A stretch of 64,000 bases of DNA from a phage. This document shows positions 16,528-25,270 of the stretch, piece after piece. Location of the stretch: assembly GCA_024571205.1 (NCBI GenBank), contig GCA_024571205.1_4523.1; one strand, given 5' to 3'. Positions within the stretch are counted from its first letter, which is position 1, and every line of letters begins with the position of its first letter. The translations under genes and the position numbers were made by a program. Below the pieces are notes generated by a model that ran no database searches, was not told the DNA's origin, and worked only from the letters and a program-made list of their open reading frames with translations.

Positions 16528-17837
16528 CATTTGATGATTTGACTGAAGGCCAGAAAAACGCCTTCAACGTTGTTATGAAAGCTATTAAAGAAAAGAAACA
16601 TCACGTAACTATTAACGGGCCTGCTGGTACAGGTAAAACAACCCTTACTAGATTCATCGTTGAAGCCCTTATTTCTGCCGGAGAATCAGGTATTATTTTA
16701 GCAGCCCCTACACATGCTGCTAAAAAGGTTCTAAGCAAACTTGCGGGTCAAGAAGCATCGACTATTCATAGCATTCTTAAAATCAACCCAACTACATACG
16801 AAGAAAACGTATTATTTGAACAGAAAAAGGTTCCAGACTTAGCCTTGTGTCGTGTACTGTTATTTGATGAAGCATCAATGTGTGACCGTTCTCTGTTTAA
16901 AATAATGTTAGCTAGTATCCCTAAATGGTGCACAGTAATTGGAATTGGTGACCGATGCCAGATTCGTCCGGTAGACCCAGGCGAATCCACTGCGTATCTA
17001 AGTCCTTTCTTCACTCACAAAGACTTCGTGCAATGCAACCTTACAGAAGTTAAACGTAGCAATGCACCAATTATTGATGTTGCGACTGATATTCGTAATG
17101 GCAAATGGATTTATGATAAAGTAGTTGATGGGCACGGTGTTCATGGATATACAGACCTTAAATCGTATATGATGAACTATTTTAATGTCGTTAAAACTCC
17201 TGAAGACCTTTTCGAAAATCGAATGATGGCATTCACAAATAAGTCGGTGGACAAGTTAAATTCAATTATTCGCCGAAAACTTCTTGAAACAGAAAAGCCA
17301 TTTATTAAAGACGAAGTCATTGTTCTACAAGAGCCGTTTACCAAGACGTATAAGCTAGATGGCAAAAATATGACCGAAATGCTTTTCAATAACGGGCAAT
17401 TCGTTCGTATTCGAGATGCTGTAGAAACGTCTACATTCGTTAAAGCACGTGGTGTTTCAGGCGAATATATGATACGATACTGGAATCTTACAGTAGAAAC
17501 ATATGGGGATGATGAAGAATACGTCCGCGAGGATATAAAGGTTATTTCTTCCGAAGAAGAGCTTTATAAATTCAATTTGTTTTTGGCTAAGACCGCAGAA
17601 ACATACAAATTCTGGAATAAAGGTGGTAAAGCTCCATGGAGTAAATTCTGGGATGCTAAACGCATGTTCACTAAGGTGAAGGCGCTACCTGTATCAACCT
17701 TCCATAAGGCTCAGGGTATGTCTGTTGACACGGCCTTTGTTTATACACCGTGTATCCATTATGCCGATTCAGAATTAGCTAAACAGCTATTGTATGTCGG
17801 CACAACTCGTGGTCGTTTTGACGTCCATTTTATTTGA
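16524..17837 (+). CDS. dda: Dda SF1 DNA helicase
   Basis: Walker A GPAGTGKTT; 437 aa; strong match to recalled T4 Dda. Confidence 0.9.
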   Translation: MTFDDLTEGQKNAFNVVMKAIKEKKHHVTINGPAGTGKTTLTRFIVEALISAGESGIILAAPTHAAKKVLSKLAGQEASTIHSILKINPTTYEENVLFEQKKVPDLALCRVLLFDEASMCDRSLFKIMLASIPKWCTVIGIGDRCQIRPVDPGESTAYLSPFFTHKDFVQCNLTEVKRSNAPIIDVATDIRNGKWIYDKVVDGHGVHGYTDLKSYMMNYFNVVKTPEDLFENRMMAFTNKSVDKLNSIIRRKLLETEKPFIKDEVIVLQEPFTKTYKLDGKNMTEMLFNNGQFVRIRDAVETSTFVKARGVSGEYMIRYWNLTVETYGDDEEYVREDIKVISSEEELYKFNLFLAKTAETYKFWNKGGKAPWSKFWDAKRMFTKVKALPVSTFHKAQGMSVDTAFVYTPCIHYADSELAKQLLYVGTTRGRFDVHFI

Positions 17838-17846
17838 GAGAAAATT

Positions 17847-18524
17847 ATGAGCACTGATGTTATTATAGACTTTGAAACATTCGGCAATACATCAAAAGCG
17901 GCTGTTATTGACCTTGCGGTTATTGCATATAATTCAGACCCTGAAGTTGTTGAATCATTCGAAGAACTTGTTCAACGAGGTAAGCGAATTAAATTTAATT
18001 TAGCTTCTCAAAAAGGGAAGCGAGTTTTCGCTAAATCCACCATGAAATGGTGGAAAGAACAATCGGCTGAAGCACGTAAAAACTTGGCCCCATCTGAAGA
18101 CGATGTCACTACGCTTGATGGCATTAAAATCTTTTTAGATTATTGTCGAGCTAATAAAGTTGACCAATGGAAATCACAAATGTGGTGCCGTGGTATGAGT
18201 TTTGACTTCCCAATCTTGGTCGATTTGATTCGTGACCTCTATCGTGATGAAGGTGTTCTTGAACCAGATATTGATACTGATAAATTAGAACCGGTTAAAT
18301 TCTGGGCTCAACGCGATATTCGTACGGCAATCGAAGCTTACTCGTTGACGCGAGGATTAAGTATGTGTCCGTTACCAATGGGTACGCTAAAAGGATTCGT
18401 TGCCCATGATAGTGTTCATGATTGTGCTAAAGATATTTTGATGTTAAAATATGCTCAGCGTTATGCGCTTGGCCTTGAAGATGTCCCTGAGAATCCTGAC
18501 CCGTTAAGTGTAAAACAGCGATAA
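17847..18524 (+). CDS. dexA: DexA exonuclease A (DnaQ-like 3'-5' exonuclease)
   Basis: 225 aa; IIDFETFG exonuclease motif I; position after dda. Confidence 0.85.
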   Translation: MSTDVIIDFETFGNTSKAAVIDLAVIAYNSDPEVVESFEELVQRGKRIKFNLASQKGKRVFAKSTMKWWKEQSAEARKNLAPSEDDVTTLDGIKIFLDYCRANKVDQWKSQMWCRGMSFDFPILVDLIRDLYRDEGVLEPDIDTDKLEPVKFWAQRDIRTAIEAYSLTRGLSMCPLPMGTLKGFVAHDSVHDCAKDILMLKYAQRYALGLEDVPENPDPLSVKQR

Positions 18525-18529
18525 AATCA

Positions 18530-18559
18530 GTTTACAACCAAGGATGGTTGGAGTATAAT
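18530..18559 (+). promoter_or_regulatory. T4-early-type promoter
   Basis: GTTTAC 18530, 18-nt spacer, tataat 18554-18559. Confidence 0.6.
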
Positions 18560-18590
18560 CTTTCTATCTTAACCAAACAGGAAAAACATT

Positions 18591-19085
18591 ATGAATATCA
18601 ATACTACGGCTACTTATATCCTGAAAGACGAAAAACAAATCAACTGGTACAGTGCTTCAGTGCGAGCTTATGAAAAGTTTTGCGAAATTTTAGGTGCCAC
18701 TCAAGGTAATAGTTTCACTATTGTTAACTTCATCAAACAAGTTGAAGGCCCTTGGTTATTCTTAGAAATTAAAAATTCATATGGTACAATTTCTACCACC
18801 GCCCTTCCAAGCACCGACTTTGAACTGTTGATTGAAGAAGTAGAACCCGTTAAAGATATCTGTATTGATATGGATATCGCTTGTATGTACGGTACTCTGA
18901 TTAAGCCTATTGAGCCTACCGATTTGTTGTGTAAATATGTTTCAATTCGACGCCCATTCGCTGGTCCAGTAAATGGATGGGTGACTGATCAGTGGATTGA
19001 AGACGGTGTTGAACTTCTGAACGTTGTTCATGCAGGTGATTTTAGTGTAGTTCCACGTAGTGCTGTGGTTAATATCCTTAATTAA
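18591..19085 (+). CDS. hypothetical protein, 164 aa, paralog family member A
   Basis: C-terminal GWVTDQWIEDGVELLNVVHAGDFSVV shared with the next two ORFs. Confidence 0.6.
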   Translation: MNINTTATYILKDEKQINWYSASVRAYEKFCEILGATQGNSFTIVNFIKQVEGPWLFLEIKNSYGTISTTALPSTDFELLIEEVEPVKDICIDMDIACMYGTLIKPIEPTDLLCKYVSIRRPFAGPVNGWVTDQWIEDGVELLNVVHAGDFSVVPRSAVVNILN

Positions 19086-19086
19086 T

Positions 19087-19117
19087 GTTGTACATCCAAG
19101 GACGGATGGAGTATAAT
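19087..19117 (+). promoter_or_regulatory. T4-early-type promoter (variant -35)
   Basis: gttgtac, 18-nt spacer, tataat 19112-19117. Confidence 0.5.
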
Positions 19118-19146
19118 GAATTCAACTTAAACAAAGAGAGAAAATT

Positions 19147-19632
19147 ATGAATCTTGGTATTATTGGTGAAATCGTTCGCGTATCTAACAAATCTCGTTCT
19201 AAAGCAGCAGGAAAATTGGTCGAAGTTGTAAGTATTCAACTTAAAGAAGGTGTTAAAGATGAAGATTCTGAGGTAAAAGTTCGTATTATTCCTAGTCTTG
19301 GGTCAATGGAAACCCAATTTGCTTATGTTCGTGCAAAGTTCTTGGAAACTCCTGTGAGTGGTGCTTTTGCTTCAAGAGAAAAAGTTGAATCCACAGAGCC
19401 TAATGCACAGTTCAAATGGGCCTTGTGTAAAGGTGTTGAATTCCAGACTGATAAAGAATTTGACTTCATCGATGAATACGGTTATCCAAGCAAAACTGAT
19501 ACTATGTGTGGCTTCATTAGTGACCAATGGGTAGAAGATGGTGAAAAGTTATACAATATCGTATTCTTAGGTGACTTCCGAGTTGTTAAAGAATCTGAAA
19601 TCACTCGCTATGTGTCTCCTCGTAAAGCTTAA
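19147..19632 (+). CDS. hypothetical protein, 161 aa, paralog family member B
   Basis: Shares N-terminal SRSKAAGKLVEV and C-terminal GFISDQWVEDGEKLYNIVFLGDF with member C. Confidence 0.65.
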   Translation: MNLGIIGEIVRVSNKSRSKAAGKLVEVVSIQLKEGVKDEDSEVKVRIIPSLGSMETQFAYVRAKFLETPVSGAFASREKVESTEPNAQFKWALCKGVEFQTDKEFDFIDEYGYPSKTDTMCGFISDQWVEDGEKLYNIVFLGDFRVVKESEITRYVSPRKA

Positions 19633-19641
19633 GGAATTATT

Positions 19642-20061
19642 ATGAATATTGTAAATCTCTCTACAGGTGATTACGTATATGTATCTGTTGCTTCTCGCTC
19701 TAAAGTTGCCGGGAAGTTGGTTGAAGTTCTTTCTGTGAGCGATCCGGTTTTTGGACGTAATGAAGTTAAAGTTCGTGACGCCGATGGTAACATTGGCTAT
19801 GTCTCAGGCCAATTCATTGAACCGGAAGAAAAAGCGTTCAAATGGGGACTATGCAGATCAGTTTCTGTTGAAAAAGACCATGAATTCACTATTGCTGCGG
19901 CAACTGATGGAACGCCATGGAAAACTAAGCAAATTGCTGGTTTTATTAGCGACCGTTGGGTAGAAGATGGTGTTAAGCTTTATAACATCGTTTTCGCTGG
20001 ACAGTTCATGGTAGTTCCTGAACTCCAAATTAAAAAATATAGCCCAGCTGCTTTCGCATAA
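19642..20061 (+). CDS. hypothetical protein, 139 aa, paralog family member C
   Basis: SRSKVAGKLVEV, GFISDRWVEDGVKLYNIVFAGQF. Confidence 0.65.
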   Translation: MNIVNLSTGDYVYVSVASRSKVAGKLVEVLSVSDPVFGRNEVKVRDADGNIGYVSGQFIEPEEKAFKWGLCRSVSVEKDHEFTIAAATDGTPWKTKQIAGFISDRWVEDGVKLYNIVFAGQFMVVPELQIKKYSPAAFA

Positions 20062-20065
20062 AGTT

Positions 20066-20094
20066 GTTTACTTCTCCTCTGGTTTTGATATTAT
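20066..20094 (+). promoter_or_regulatory. T4-early-type promoter with perfect flanking inverted repeat
   Basis: GTTTAC 20066-20071, 17-nt spacer, tattat 20089-20094; arms ttctcctctggtt (20072-20084) and aaccagaggagaa (20104-20116), the latter containing the RBS. Confidence 0.6.
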
Positions 20095-20120
20095 AACCAT
20101 ATTAACCAGAGGAGAATAAT

Positions 20121-20645
20121 ATGTTAGTTTACCGCGTAGAACGTAGTTTTTGTACTCAACGTGAATCATTACCAGGAATTGCTATCGAAGACGGTAAAGC
20201 CGTCAGAATTTGGGAAACCTCTTGGAATAAAGAACCACGCTCACCTTACGGTTGGTCTGGCACTGACAACTCTGAAGAAACATGGGAGTTCCTTGATAAA
20301 CATGGAATAATCTCAGGTAACTTCTACCATCACGGCGACAACTATAATGTCCCTAATCGTCCTACAGTAAATGAAGACAAACTTCTTGAACAAAATATCT
20401 TAAGATACCATAGAATTGAGTACACATTTGAATTGAGTGAAGATTGGGCTCAAGGGTTCTATTTTGGATTTGAAAGCGTTGACGCGGTTTATGCATGGTT
20501 TGATGACCAGGTGGATGTTGAACTCTTGAAAGCTAAAGGATACTACATCGCGGTCTATGAAGCACCTGATTTCATCCTCGGAAGTTGTCAATTAATGTTT
20601 AGACGTTCATTGGCAGAACAAGTTGATTTTATTTTGCTAAAATGA
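20121..20645 (+). CDS. hypothetical protein, 174 aa
   Basis: ORF after a promoter; RBS GAGGAG. Confidence 0.6.
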   Translation: MLVYRVERSFCTQRESLPGIAIEDGKAVRIWETSWNKEPRSPYGWSGTDNSEETWEFLDKHGIISGNFYHHGDNYNVPNRPTVNEDKLLEQNILRYHRIEYTFELSEDWAQGFYFGFESVDAVYAWFDDQVDVELLKAKGYYIAVYEAPDFILGSCQLMFRRSLAEQVDFILLK

Positions 20646-20674
20646 TGTACAACAACTATGGTCTATGATACTAT
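20645..20674 (+). promoter_or_regulatory. T4-early-type promoter (variant -35)
   Basis: atgtac, 18-nt spacer, tactat; inverted repeat ggtctat / atagacc around the -10. Confidence 0.5.
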
Positions 20675-20702
20675 AGACCTATCAAAACAAGAGGAGAATA
20701 TT

Positions 20703-20930
20703 ATGAAACGTCAAATCATTAAAAACGTAACTACTGATTCAAACATCGATGAGTTTGAAGATGTTCTGTTTAATCCTGATTTAGTTGTTGTACAGAAAAA
20801 CTGGACTGAATTTTTATGCTACACTGAAGTGGTTTACGTTTACGAAAAACTCGGTGATGAAATGCCTATCTATGGTATCTTCCGTGAAATCACTGAAAAC
20901 GGTACAACTTATTGGAAGGAAACTTACTAA
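20703..20930 (+). CDS. hypothetical protein, 75 aa
   Basis: Start trimmed to ATG 20703 after RBS GAGGAGAA (the track start lies inside the promoter). Confidence 0.55.
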   Translation: MKRQIIKNVTTDSNIDEFEDVLFNPDLVVVQKNWTEFLCYTEVVYVYEKLGDEMPIYGIFREITENGTTYWKETY

Positions 20931-21334
20931 TGGCTAATAAATTCCGCGTTAACTCATGGTACCAATTTAAAGATAAACGTGCCCAAGAAGAGTTTATTAA
21001 AAACCACACTGATAATGGGATTTATGCACGACGTCTTGGCATGGAACCATTTAAAGTATTAGATGTTGACCATCTTGGACGACCTACTAAAATTGTGACA
21101 TCTACTGGCATGGTTGGATACGCAACTGGTGGTGATATTCTTGATGAAAACTTTATCTGGCTCTCTACTAGTGAAGCAGAGTTTTTTGATGAAGTTGGAA
21201 ATCCATATCAAGCATCTGAAGAGCAAGAACAGATAGAAGATTTCACAGAATTCCCAGTAATGAAAGTTACTATCGAAAATAACGACCAGGCATGGTCTTT
21301 GTATCAAATGTTGAAAGCACATTTTAAGGAATAA
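20930..21334 (+). CDS. hypothetical protein, 134 aa
   Basis: TAATG overlap start at 20930. Confidence 0.55.
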   Translation: MANKFRVNSWYQFKDKRAQEEFIKNHTDNGIYARRLGMEPFKVLDVDHLGRPTKIVTSTGMVGYATGGDILDENFIWLSTSEAEFFDEVGNPYQASEEQEQIEDFTEFPVMKVTIENNDQAWSLYQMLKAHFKE

Positions 21335-21336
21335 TA

Positions 21337-21516
21337 ATGCCGTTATATGACTATAAATGTCAATCTGAAGATTGTGGCCATGAATATGAAAAAATTAAAA
21401 GGATTTCTGAACGAGAAAACGATGTTTGCCCTGAATGTCATCGTCTGTCTACTCGTCGGGTTTCTGCTCCTAAACATGTGAATGGTGGTTTTTACGACTT
21501 ACTTAAGAAGGGATAA
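21337..21516 (+). CDS. zinc-ribbon small protein, 59 aa
   Basis: YDYKCQSEDCGHEYE...CPECH: two CxxC pairs; below the ORF-track cutoff. Confidence 0.5.
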   Translation: MPLYDYKCQSEDCGHEYEKIKRISERENDVCPECHRLSTRRVSAPKHVNGGFYDLLKKG

Positions 21517-21518
21517 TT

Positions 21519-21941
21519 ATGGCTTTTAAAGGTTTTGAAGTTGGTAAGAAATATCGTATTATCAAAGGTCAAGAAGATAATTTCTTGAGAATTCTTAATA
21601 CAACTGGTAAACGTCTTAACACTACTCTGCATACAGTTTTATTATCAAGAGATTTTATTGTAGAAGAGATGATTGGCTACGGTGTTTCAATGATTGCCGC
21701 TGAAACCGATGGACCTGGACGTACAATCATTAGTATGCAAGGTGATATTCTGATTTATGGTGCAGAATTTAAATTCTTTGAAGAAGTTCCGGAATCAGAT
21801 ACAGCTGTCGATTTCAAAAAAGGCTCTATAGAATTTGTTGATGGTTCAGTGATCGTATCAGGTGATGTGGTCATTACGGTTAAAAGTGAACAAGGGCGTT
21901 TGGCTGCAATTGATGCACTTCAGAAAATTAAATTTAAATAA
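21519..21941 (+). CDS. hypothetical protein, 140 aa
   Basis: ORF ending at a strong terminator. Confidence 0.6.
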   Translation: MAFKGFEVGKKYRIIKGQEDNFLRILNTTGKRLNTTLHTVLLSRDFIVEEMIGYGVSMIAAETDGPGRTIISMQGDILIYGAEFKFFEEVPESDTAVDFKKGSIEFVDGSVIVSGDVVITVKSEQGRLAAIDALQKIKFK

Positions 21942-21959
21942 GGGCTTCGGCCCTTTTTG
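21941..21959 (+). terminator. intrinsic terminator (UUCG tetraloop)
   Basis: aGGGCttcgGCCC followed by TTTTT. Confidence 0.75.
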
Positions 21960-22004
21960 CTTTAGATTTCGGATGATAGAATACCTTCATAACGAGGAGA
22001 CAAC

Positions 22005-23822
22005 ATGATTAAAAATGAAATTAAGGTATTGTCAGATGTAGAACATATTAAGAAACGTAGTGGTATGTATATTGGTTCTTCTGCTAAAGAAGCCCACGAG
22101 CGTTTTTTGTTTGGTAAATATCAACAAGTTGAATATGTTCCTGGCCTGGTTAAATTAATCGATGAGATTATTGACAACTCGGTTGATGAAGCTATTCGTA
22201 CATCATTTAAGTTTGCAAATAAAATTGATGTGCAAATTAAAAATAATCAAGTTTCGGTGGAAGATAACGGACGTGGTATTCCTCAAGGTTTAGTTACCGA
22301 CCAAACAGGTGAACAAATTCCTGGGCCTGTAGCAGCCTGGACTATTCCAAAGGCCGGTGGTAACTTTGGTGATGACTCTGAACGCAAGACTGGTGGTATG
22401 AACGGCGTCGGGAGTAGTTTAACTAATATCTTCTCTACGTTGTTTACAGGCATCACGTCAGATGGCGAAAATGAAATCACTGTTAACTGTTCAAACGGAA
22501 TGGAAAACAAATCATGGTCTTCTAAGAAATCTAAAGGTAAAGGCACTAAAGTAATCTTCACTCCTGATTTCACTTCATTTGAAGAGCATAATTTATCTCA
22601 AATTTATTTAGATATTACTTTAGATCGACTTCAAACATTGGCAGTCGTTTATCCTGATATCAAGTTCACATTTAATGGTAAAAAGGTCGATGGTAATTTT
22701 AAACGATTTGCTAAACAATTTGGTGAAGATAACATCATTCAAGAAAATGATAAAGTCTCTATAGCATTCACAACATCACCAGATGGCTTCCGTCATTTAA
22801 CTTATGTGAATAACATCCATACTAAAAATGGTGGTCATCATGTTGAATGTGTAATGGATGATATCTGCGAACATCTTTTGCCAGGTATTAAAAAGAAATA
22901 TAAGGGTATTGAAGTCACTAAAGCTCGTGTTAAAGAATGCCTCACAATGTTGATGTTTATTCGAGACATGAGCAACATGCGTTTTGATTCTCAGACTAAA
23001 GAACGTTTAACGTCAACGTATGGTGATATTCGTAATCATATCCAATTAGATGCTAAGAAAATTGCCCAGGCACTTCTTAAAAACGAAGCCTTGATTATGC
23101 CTATTGTTGAAGCAGCATTAGCTCGTAAATTGGCAGCAGAAAAGGCTGCAGAAACTAAAGCAGCTAAAAAGGCAACTAAAGCTAAGGTTCATAAGCATAT
23201 TAAAGCTAACCAATGTGGTAAAGATGCAGATACGACATTGTTCTTAACAGAAGGTGATTCGGCAATTGGATATCTCATTGATGTTCGTGACCGTGAACTA
23301 CACGGTGGATTCCCATTACGTGGTAAGGTGATGAATAGCTGGGGTATGTCATATGCTGATATGATGAAGAACAAAGAGTTATTCGATATCTGTGCTATCA
23401 CAGGTCTTATTCTTGGTGAAAAGGCAGAGAATACGAACTATCGTAATATTGCAATTATGACCGATGCCGATCATGACGGTCTTGGAAGTATCTATCCGGC
23501 TTTGCTTGCTTTCTTTAGTAATTGGCCTGAATTGTTTGAACAAGGACGTATTCGCTTTGTTAAAACACCTGTAATTATTGCACAAATTGGCAAAACTCAA
23601 AAATGGTTTTATACTGTAGCTGAGTATGAAGAAGTTAAAGATACACTGCCTAAGCATAGTATTCGATACATCAAGGGATTAGGCTCCCTTGAAAAGTCAG
23701 AGTATCGTGAAATGATTCAGAACCCTGTGTACGACGTAGTTAAACTTCCTGAAAATTGGAAAGAACTCTTTGAAATGTTGTTGGGTGATGATTCAGAACT
23801 TCGTAAAGAATGGATGTCCTAA
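22005..23822 (+). CDS. 39: DNA topoisomerase II large (ATPase) subunit, fused gene 39 (39 plus 60 equivalent)
   Basis: 605 aa; GHKL ATPase and TOPRIM motifs; single uninterrupted ORF. Confidence 0.9.
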   Translation: MIKNEIKVLSDVEHIKKRSGMYIGSSAKEAHERFLFGKYQQVEYVPGLVKLIDEIIDNSVDEAIRTSFKFANKIDVQIKNNQVSVEDNGRGIPQGLVTDQTGEQIPGPVAAWTIPKAGGNFGDDSERKTGGMNGVGSSLTNIFSTLFTGITSDGENEITVNCSNGMENKSWSSKKSKGKGTKVIFTPDFTSFEEHNLSQIYLDITLDRLQTLAVVYPDIKFTFNGKKVDGNFKRFAKQFGEDNIIQENDKVSIAFTTSPDGFRHLTYVNNIHTKNGGHHVECVMDDICEHLLPGIKKKYKGIEVTKARVKECLTMLMFIRDMSNMRFDSQTKERLTSTYGDIRNHIQLDAKKIAQALLKNEALIMPIVEAALARKLAAEKAAETKAAKKATKAKVHKHIKANQCGKDADTTLFLTEGDSAIGYLIDVRDRELHGGFPLRGKVMNSWGMSYADMMKNKELFDICAITGLILGEKAENTNYRNIAIMTDADHDGLGSIYPALLAFFSNWPELFEQGRIRFVKTPVIIAQIGKTQKWFYTVAEYEEVKDTLPKHSIRYIKGLGSLEKSEYREMIQNPVYDVVKLPENWKELFEMLLGDDSELRKEWMS

Positions 23823-23850
23823 GCTCCTTTAGGAGCTTCATTTTAATTTT
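23822..23850 (+). terminator. possible terminator hairpin after gene 39
   Basis: AGCTCC-ttta-GGAGCT followed by tcattttaatttt. Confidence 0.45.
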
Positions 23851-23864
23851 AATAAGGCTTAATT

Positions 23865-24965
23865 ATGAAAGTTATGTTTATCCCATCTCGTGCAGTCCCA
23901 TTTAATCCTGAACGTGTACAAGGTGGTCTTGAAGCAGTACATTTAAATGTGTTGAAATATTTAGTTTCTATCGGTGCCGATATTGATTATATCGGTTTTG
24001 ATAATGACACATTTGGTGATTGGAAGGTTAATCATCATCCTGTTGGTCATCTGACTAAATTCAGTCTAGGTATGAGTTATACTATGGCTCGTAAGATTGT
24101 TGAACTAGCCGGCATTAATGAGTACGATTTCGTTGTTACAATGGAACCGACCAAACTAACCGTTCAGGCAATTAAAGACGCAGGTCTCTCTAAAGTTCAT
24201 AAGAATTTTATGGCAACACCATTTGAACCGGTATCTCGTGGTATTGTTCAAATTTGGGACCAGACTATTCAAATTCATAAGAACGGTGGTAAGAGTTATG
24301 CTCCTACTAAAGCCTTCCGTGAATTTGAACGCAAATATTGTTATATGACTTCAGGTCTGACTGACAAAATTGATTATGATTATTGGCGAGCAAATCCGTT
24401 GTTTGAAGCCGAAGATTATCCGGTTATTTGTTTGAATGAGAAACCTGAAGTTCTTCCGGCGACTGATCTGATTATTAGTGCACAACGTTATGACACTAAA
24501 ATGCGTCGTACTGATGTTGCTCTTGAAGCGATTAAAGCACTAGGCGAAAATGGTGCAGGATACTGTCCTAGTAAATGGGCACCACCGGCTAAGTATCCTG
24601 TTATTATTGATGCTCCACACAGTGAAATCATGGAACGTCTTAAAACAGCTAAAGCACTTATCAATACGTGTCCTGACACGGGTACGGTAGAGAATAGTTC
24701 TATTGAAGCCATCTCTAAAGGTGTCCCTGTGATTCAGTTAGTTTTTAAGGATTATCCGCACGCGACATTCGAATATGACCCAGATACTGTGCGTGTAGAA
24801 ATTGATTCCTCTACTCCTAAGAAAGAAGTAGTTGCGCTTTACACAAAAGCTGTATTAGAATTCACTGACACATACGAAGCTCGAGTTAAACGTGCTGAAG
24901 CCGTATGGAAGAAGTATAACAGAGATGCAGTTGTTGCGATGTGGGATAAAATCTTCACAGCGTAA
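23865..24965 (+). CDS. GT-B fold glycosyltransferase-like protein, 366 aa
   Basis: C-terminal GTVENSSIEAISKGVPVI resembles the GT-B E..(7)..E / EA..G.PVI donor-binding motif; N-terminal MKVMFIPS..GGLE; inserted between gene 39 and rIIA. Confidence 0.6.
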   Translation: MKVMFIPSRAVPFNPERVQGGLEAVHLNVLKYLVSIGADIDYIGFDNDTFGDWKVNHHPVGHLTKFSLGMSYTMARKIVELAGINEYDFVVTMEPTKLTVQAIKDAGLSKVHKNFMATPFEPVSRGIVQIWDQTIQIHKNGGKSYAPTKAFREFERKYCYMTSGLTDKIDYDYWRANPLFEAEDYPVICLNEKPEVLPATDLIISAQRYDTKMRRTDVALEAIKALGENGAGYCPSKWAPPAKYPVIIDAPHSEIMERLKTAKALINTCPDTGTVENSSIEAISKGVPVIQLVFKDYPHATFEYDPDTVRVEIDSSTPKKEVVALYTKAVLEFTDTYEARVKRAEAVWKKYNRDAVVAMWDKIFTA

Positions 24966-24981
24966 ATCCTGAATCGCCTGA

Positions 24982-25032
24982 GGCACTATTACACATAAGA
25001 TGATAGATTATATGGTCTTTAGTAATAGTGCC
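24982..25032 (+). promoter_or_regulatory. inverted repeat enclosing a -10-like element upstream of the rIIA.1-like ORF
   Basis: ggcactattac (24982-24992) / gtaatagtgcc (25022-25032) flanking gatagattatat. Confidence 0.35.
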
Positions 25033-25057
25033 CTAGGAATCTACTGAAGAGAATATT

Positions 25058-25258
25058 ATGAGAACGTATAACGTGGACTTGGAACTTTTTGATAAAGCAG
25101 TGCTCCGGGAATTCCGGCTTATCCAAAGATTTTTTGATATCGAATCAGCAGAGTCCTTTAAAGAACGCTTTAAAGAAATTCGATATAAAATACAAACCGA
25201 TACAGCTACTAAAGAAGAACTTCTTGAAGTAGCAGAAATTTTTAAACGTAACTTGTGA
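25058..25258 (+). CDS. hypothetical protein, 66 aa (rIIA.1 position)
   Basis: Small ORF immediately upstream of rIIA. Confidence 0.5.
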   Translation: MRTYNVDLELFDKAVLREFRLIQRFFDIESAESFKERFKEIRYKIQTDTATKEELLEVAEIFKRNL

Positions 25259-25270
25259 TGAGAGAAAAAT

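Noticed and set aside
19751-19963. + strand 70-aa ORF in a second frame inside paralog C (19642-20061)
   Set aside because: Out-of-frame overlap with a gene supported by paralogy; no independent RBS.
22005-23822. Looked for the gene 60 translational bypass element after gene 39
   Set aside because: Gene 39 is a single fused 605-aa ORF ending at a terminator hairpin; there is no separate gene 60 and no GGA...GGA take-off/landing pair around a stop codon.
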